Positions 61,313 to 64,000 of a DNA stretch of 64,000 bases are shown here, in pieces. Within the stretch, counting starts at the first letter, position 1. Each line of letters opens with the position of its first letter. The DNA is from Phyllosticta citribraziliensis (taxonomy: Eukaryota). Location: NCBI RefSeq assembly GCF_038025025.1, contig NW_027117338.1:1-64000 (forward strand), written 5' to 3'. The translations under genes were made by a program, and so were the position numbers. The notes beneath the pieces are model-generated. The model ran no database searches. It was not told where the DNA came from and saw nothing but the letters and a program-made list of their open reading frames with translations.

Positions 61313-62346
61313 CCTCGACTCACCTCGGTACCGTCGACTTTTTTGCATTCTCCTTCTAAAGCATTCGGGTTTTGGCTTTCGGCTCGACATAAAACGGCGG
61401 CTTGGTGGCATAGACTTGCGGTTTTCTTTCACATTGGCGTTTTTGCACGGCTGCAGAAGCTAGAAAAGAGCCGCCGGCTAGGTTGGAACAAGCCCTCGGG
61501 AGCACCGCTCCCATATCATCCACTCTCAACTCTAATACTCGCGGTGCCTGTGCCAGGGTACCTGCAGACATGGAGGATTCTGCAATGTGCAAAACTCTTC
61601 CTCCTTTTCGCACGTGATGCATCTGCGTCTGTTGAAGCTGACTGCAGGCTCATGGCGCTTCTGAAGATTACACGAAACCTTGCACCGTTGTAGCTGTAGG
61701 GATAATAACCATCAATCCCCGGGTTGAATATCACACCATCACGTCGGTGTTGAGCAATCTCAATATGCCAAGGCGGAATAGATTGGACATTTCTTCTGCC
61801 ACGTCGACCAAGACGCATCACACGAGCAGCCTGCGTCGCTGGCGGCTACTTTAGCCCCGTAATGAAGAATTTCCGGGTTTGTCATCTTGGCAGGGCCGCA
61901 GGGCGGCCTTACGGAACTCTGTCTTGTTGCACAATTCCATCGCGGTCGAGAAGACCTGAGTGCCTGATGCACGTGTCGTCCTCGAATCCGGATGCCACGG
62001 CGGGACGTTTGAAAAAGACGTACCGCTGCGTTCCGAGGCACGTTGGGCAATACGAGCATGCGAGGACGGGACGGGCTGAAACTTGGGCGCTGCAATGTGA
62101 GAATCAACGAGAATTACGGTAGAAATGCACAAACATCATCTGCAGGCGAATACCTTACGTTAAACATGCTGGTCGGCGGTGCTGCTTCGCCAAGACATGT
62201 TGCGCCATCCGTGTTGGGACTAGCTTGGTTTAGCCGAGCAACCCACAATCCTCTCAGAAACTTTCCTTGGACGCACCATCGACGACACCAGCGACATCGC
62301 CCACCCGACCCCGACCACCCTCCACGGACGAAGATACGACAAGAAG

Positions 62347-62620
62347 GTTAGTTCTCGATGCGCTCCCGCTCGCTGCACGACTCGACTGCGACTTCACGAT
62401 TGGATATTGGACGACGACGAACGAACAACGCCAGCCGGTCACCCACGCCTCGCGCCCTCGGCAGCCAGCAGCCATCGCAATGGAATTGGCAAGCTTGGGA
62501 ACGGGTTGGATACGAGGCGGCTGGTCTGGATGGCTCTTTCGAAATCGACCAATATTCTGTGAACTCGGTGTCGGGGAGGCGGAGCTCAAGGACGAGAACA
62601 GACGCTAATTCGACATACAG
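62347..62620 (+). other. Probable 5' UTR (leader) intron of RPS8
   Basis: AAG|GTTAGT donor, GCTAAT branch site, and TACAG acceptor 21 nt before the ATG. Confidence 0.65.
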
Positions 62621-62641
62621 TAATCTTCGACCGCCGCAATC

Positions 62642-63349
62642 ATGGGGTATTTTGAAATCAGCTCCTCTACCTCTACAACGGACATGGCTGACATTCTGCA
62701 GTATCTCTCGCGATTCTCGTCACAAGCGCTCGGCCACCGGCGCTAAGAGGGCATACTACCGCAAGAAGAGGTATGCATAACCCGATCGCTCTGCTAAACC
62801 ATGTCTGACATGGCTCGCAGGGCTTTCGAGAAGGGTCGCCAGCCGGCCAACACCCGTATCGGTGCCAAGCGCATTCACCTTGTGCGCACCCGCGGCGGCA
62901 ACCGGAAGTTCCGCGCTCTGCGTCTGGAGGCGGGCAACTTCTCGTGGGGCACCGAGGGCATCTCGCGCAAGACGCGTGTCATCGTCGTCGCCTACCACCC
63001 GTCCAACAACGAGCTGGTCCGCACCAACACCCTGACCAAGTCGGCCGTCGTCCAGATCGACGCCGCGCCCTTCCGCCAGTGGTACGAGGCCCACTACGGC
63101 ACCAACCTCGGCCGCAGGAGGCAGGCCAAGGCTGAGGCCGAGGAGGTCAAGAAGTCCAAGTCGGTCGAGAAGAAGCAGGAGGCCCGCGTCAAGGATCACG
63201 GCAAGGTTGACTCTGCCCTGGAGAAGCAGTTCGAGGCCGGTCGTCTGTACGCCGTCATTGCCTCGCGCCCCGGCCAGAGCGGCCGCGTCGACGGCTACAT
63301 CCTCGAGGGTGACGAGCTCGCCTTCTACCAGCGCGCCATCAGGAAGTAG
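62642..63349 (+). CDS. RPS8: 40S ribosomal protein S8 (eS8)
   Basis: [25 protein letters not shown] across two introns, [14 protein letters not shown] and [16 protein letters not shown]. Confidence 0.97.
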
Positions 63350-64000
63350 AGGCTTGGCAGCTAGCATGCGGGTTCTTTACGGTTTATGCGGGGTTCAAAA
63401 TTCAATGGTCAATTGGGCATGAGACCACTGGGCTGCATGTCTCTTTCTGGGGGGGAAAGCTAGATATTCGATCCGGTATGACGAATACCAACAAAAGTCA
63501 ACCGTCGGCACTTCCGATACCCTTTTCAAAATTCAAATTGTGAAACTGTTCCACTGTGCCAGTGGTGGACGGCTTCGACTGTGCTCTCACAAAGTTCTCG
63601 ACAGCGCTTGTGGAGCTTCTCCACCTCGCCAGACCTTTGCTACTGAAGCTTCATTCCAATTCCCACGACACGAGTCTGGATGCTGGACATCTCACTTTGC
63701 AAACTCTCCCTTCCAAGTGCCTCCCCGGCACCATTTACCCTCTTGCGCATTTCCAGGCTGAATCCCACGTCCACTGACTCTGCCACAGGACCATTCGACA
63801 TGTCGACACTGCGATTGGTCAACAGCCAACCGACACACGTCCAGAGACCGAAAGCCCTTTGGTCCAACAGTCAAGTCCCCATCAGCCCTGCCACAGTCTT
63901 TCGTCGAGTCAAACCAGCCAGTCCCTGTCCTGTCAGTCCAGTCAAGCCCCGGTCCGGGCCGTCCCTCCGCCGCAGCCAACCCTCCCATCCGCACCGCCAG

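Overview
Left end of a chromosome from a filamentous ascomycete (Pezizomycotina). The GC-rich genes, short GT-AG introns with CTRAC/CTAAC branch sites and RIP-like AT-rich DNA look Dothideomycete-like, but the taxon is not determinable from sequence alone. The window opens with a (TAACCC)n telomere and only about 450 bp of AT-rich, RIP-like subtelomeric DNA, followed by about 25 intron-containing genes. In order: tannase, But2-like secreted protein, repeat-DUF1295 protein, kynurenine aminotransferase, Mgs1, secreted beta/gamma-crystallin-like protein, Ies2, Pex14/17, PTH11-like membrane protein, cellulose-synthase-like GT2, GPI-type GH12, a hypothetical protein, ARMH3, Nrk1, Dsc3, Dabb protein, Isa1, aspartic-protease-like membrane protein, RNase T1, DUF3632, a small 11-mer-repeat protein, methyltransferase, pyruvate dehydrogenase kinase, homocitrate synthase, a UIM/PPxY protein, Ate1, Ddp1 and Rps8. 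The most interesting observations are: (1) a head-to-head CesA-like synthase and GPI-anchored GH12 pair, a candidate beta-glucan synthesis and remodelling module; (2) a 99-codon, coding-like in-frame extension behind a leaky-context UGA in pyruvate dehydrogenase kinase; (3) two TAG stops at inferred Trp positions in the telomere-proximal tannase tail, consistent with RIP leakage; (4) a tandem peptide-repeat array fused to DUF1295. All gene models were built by hand, without database searches.
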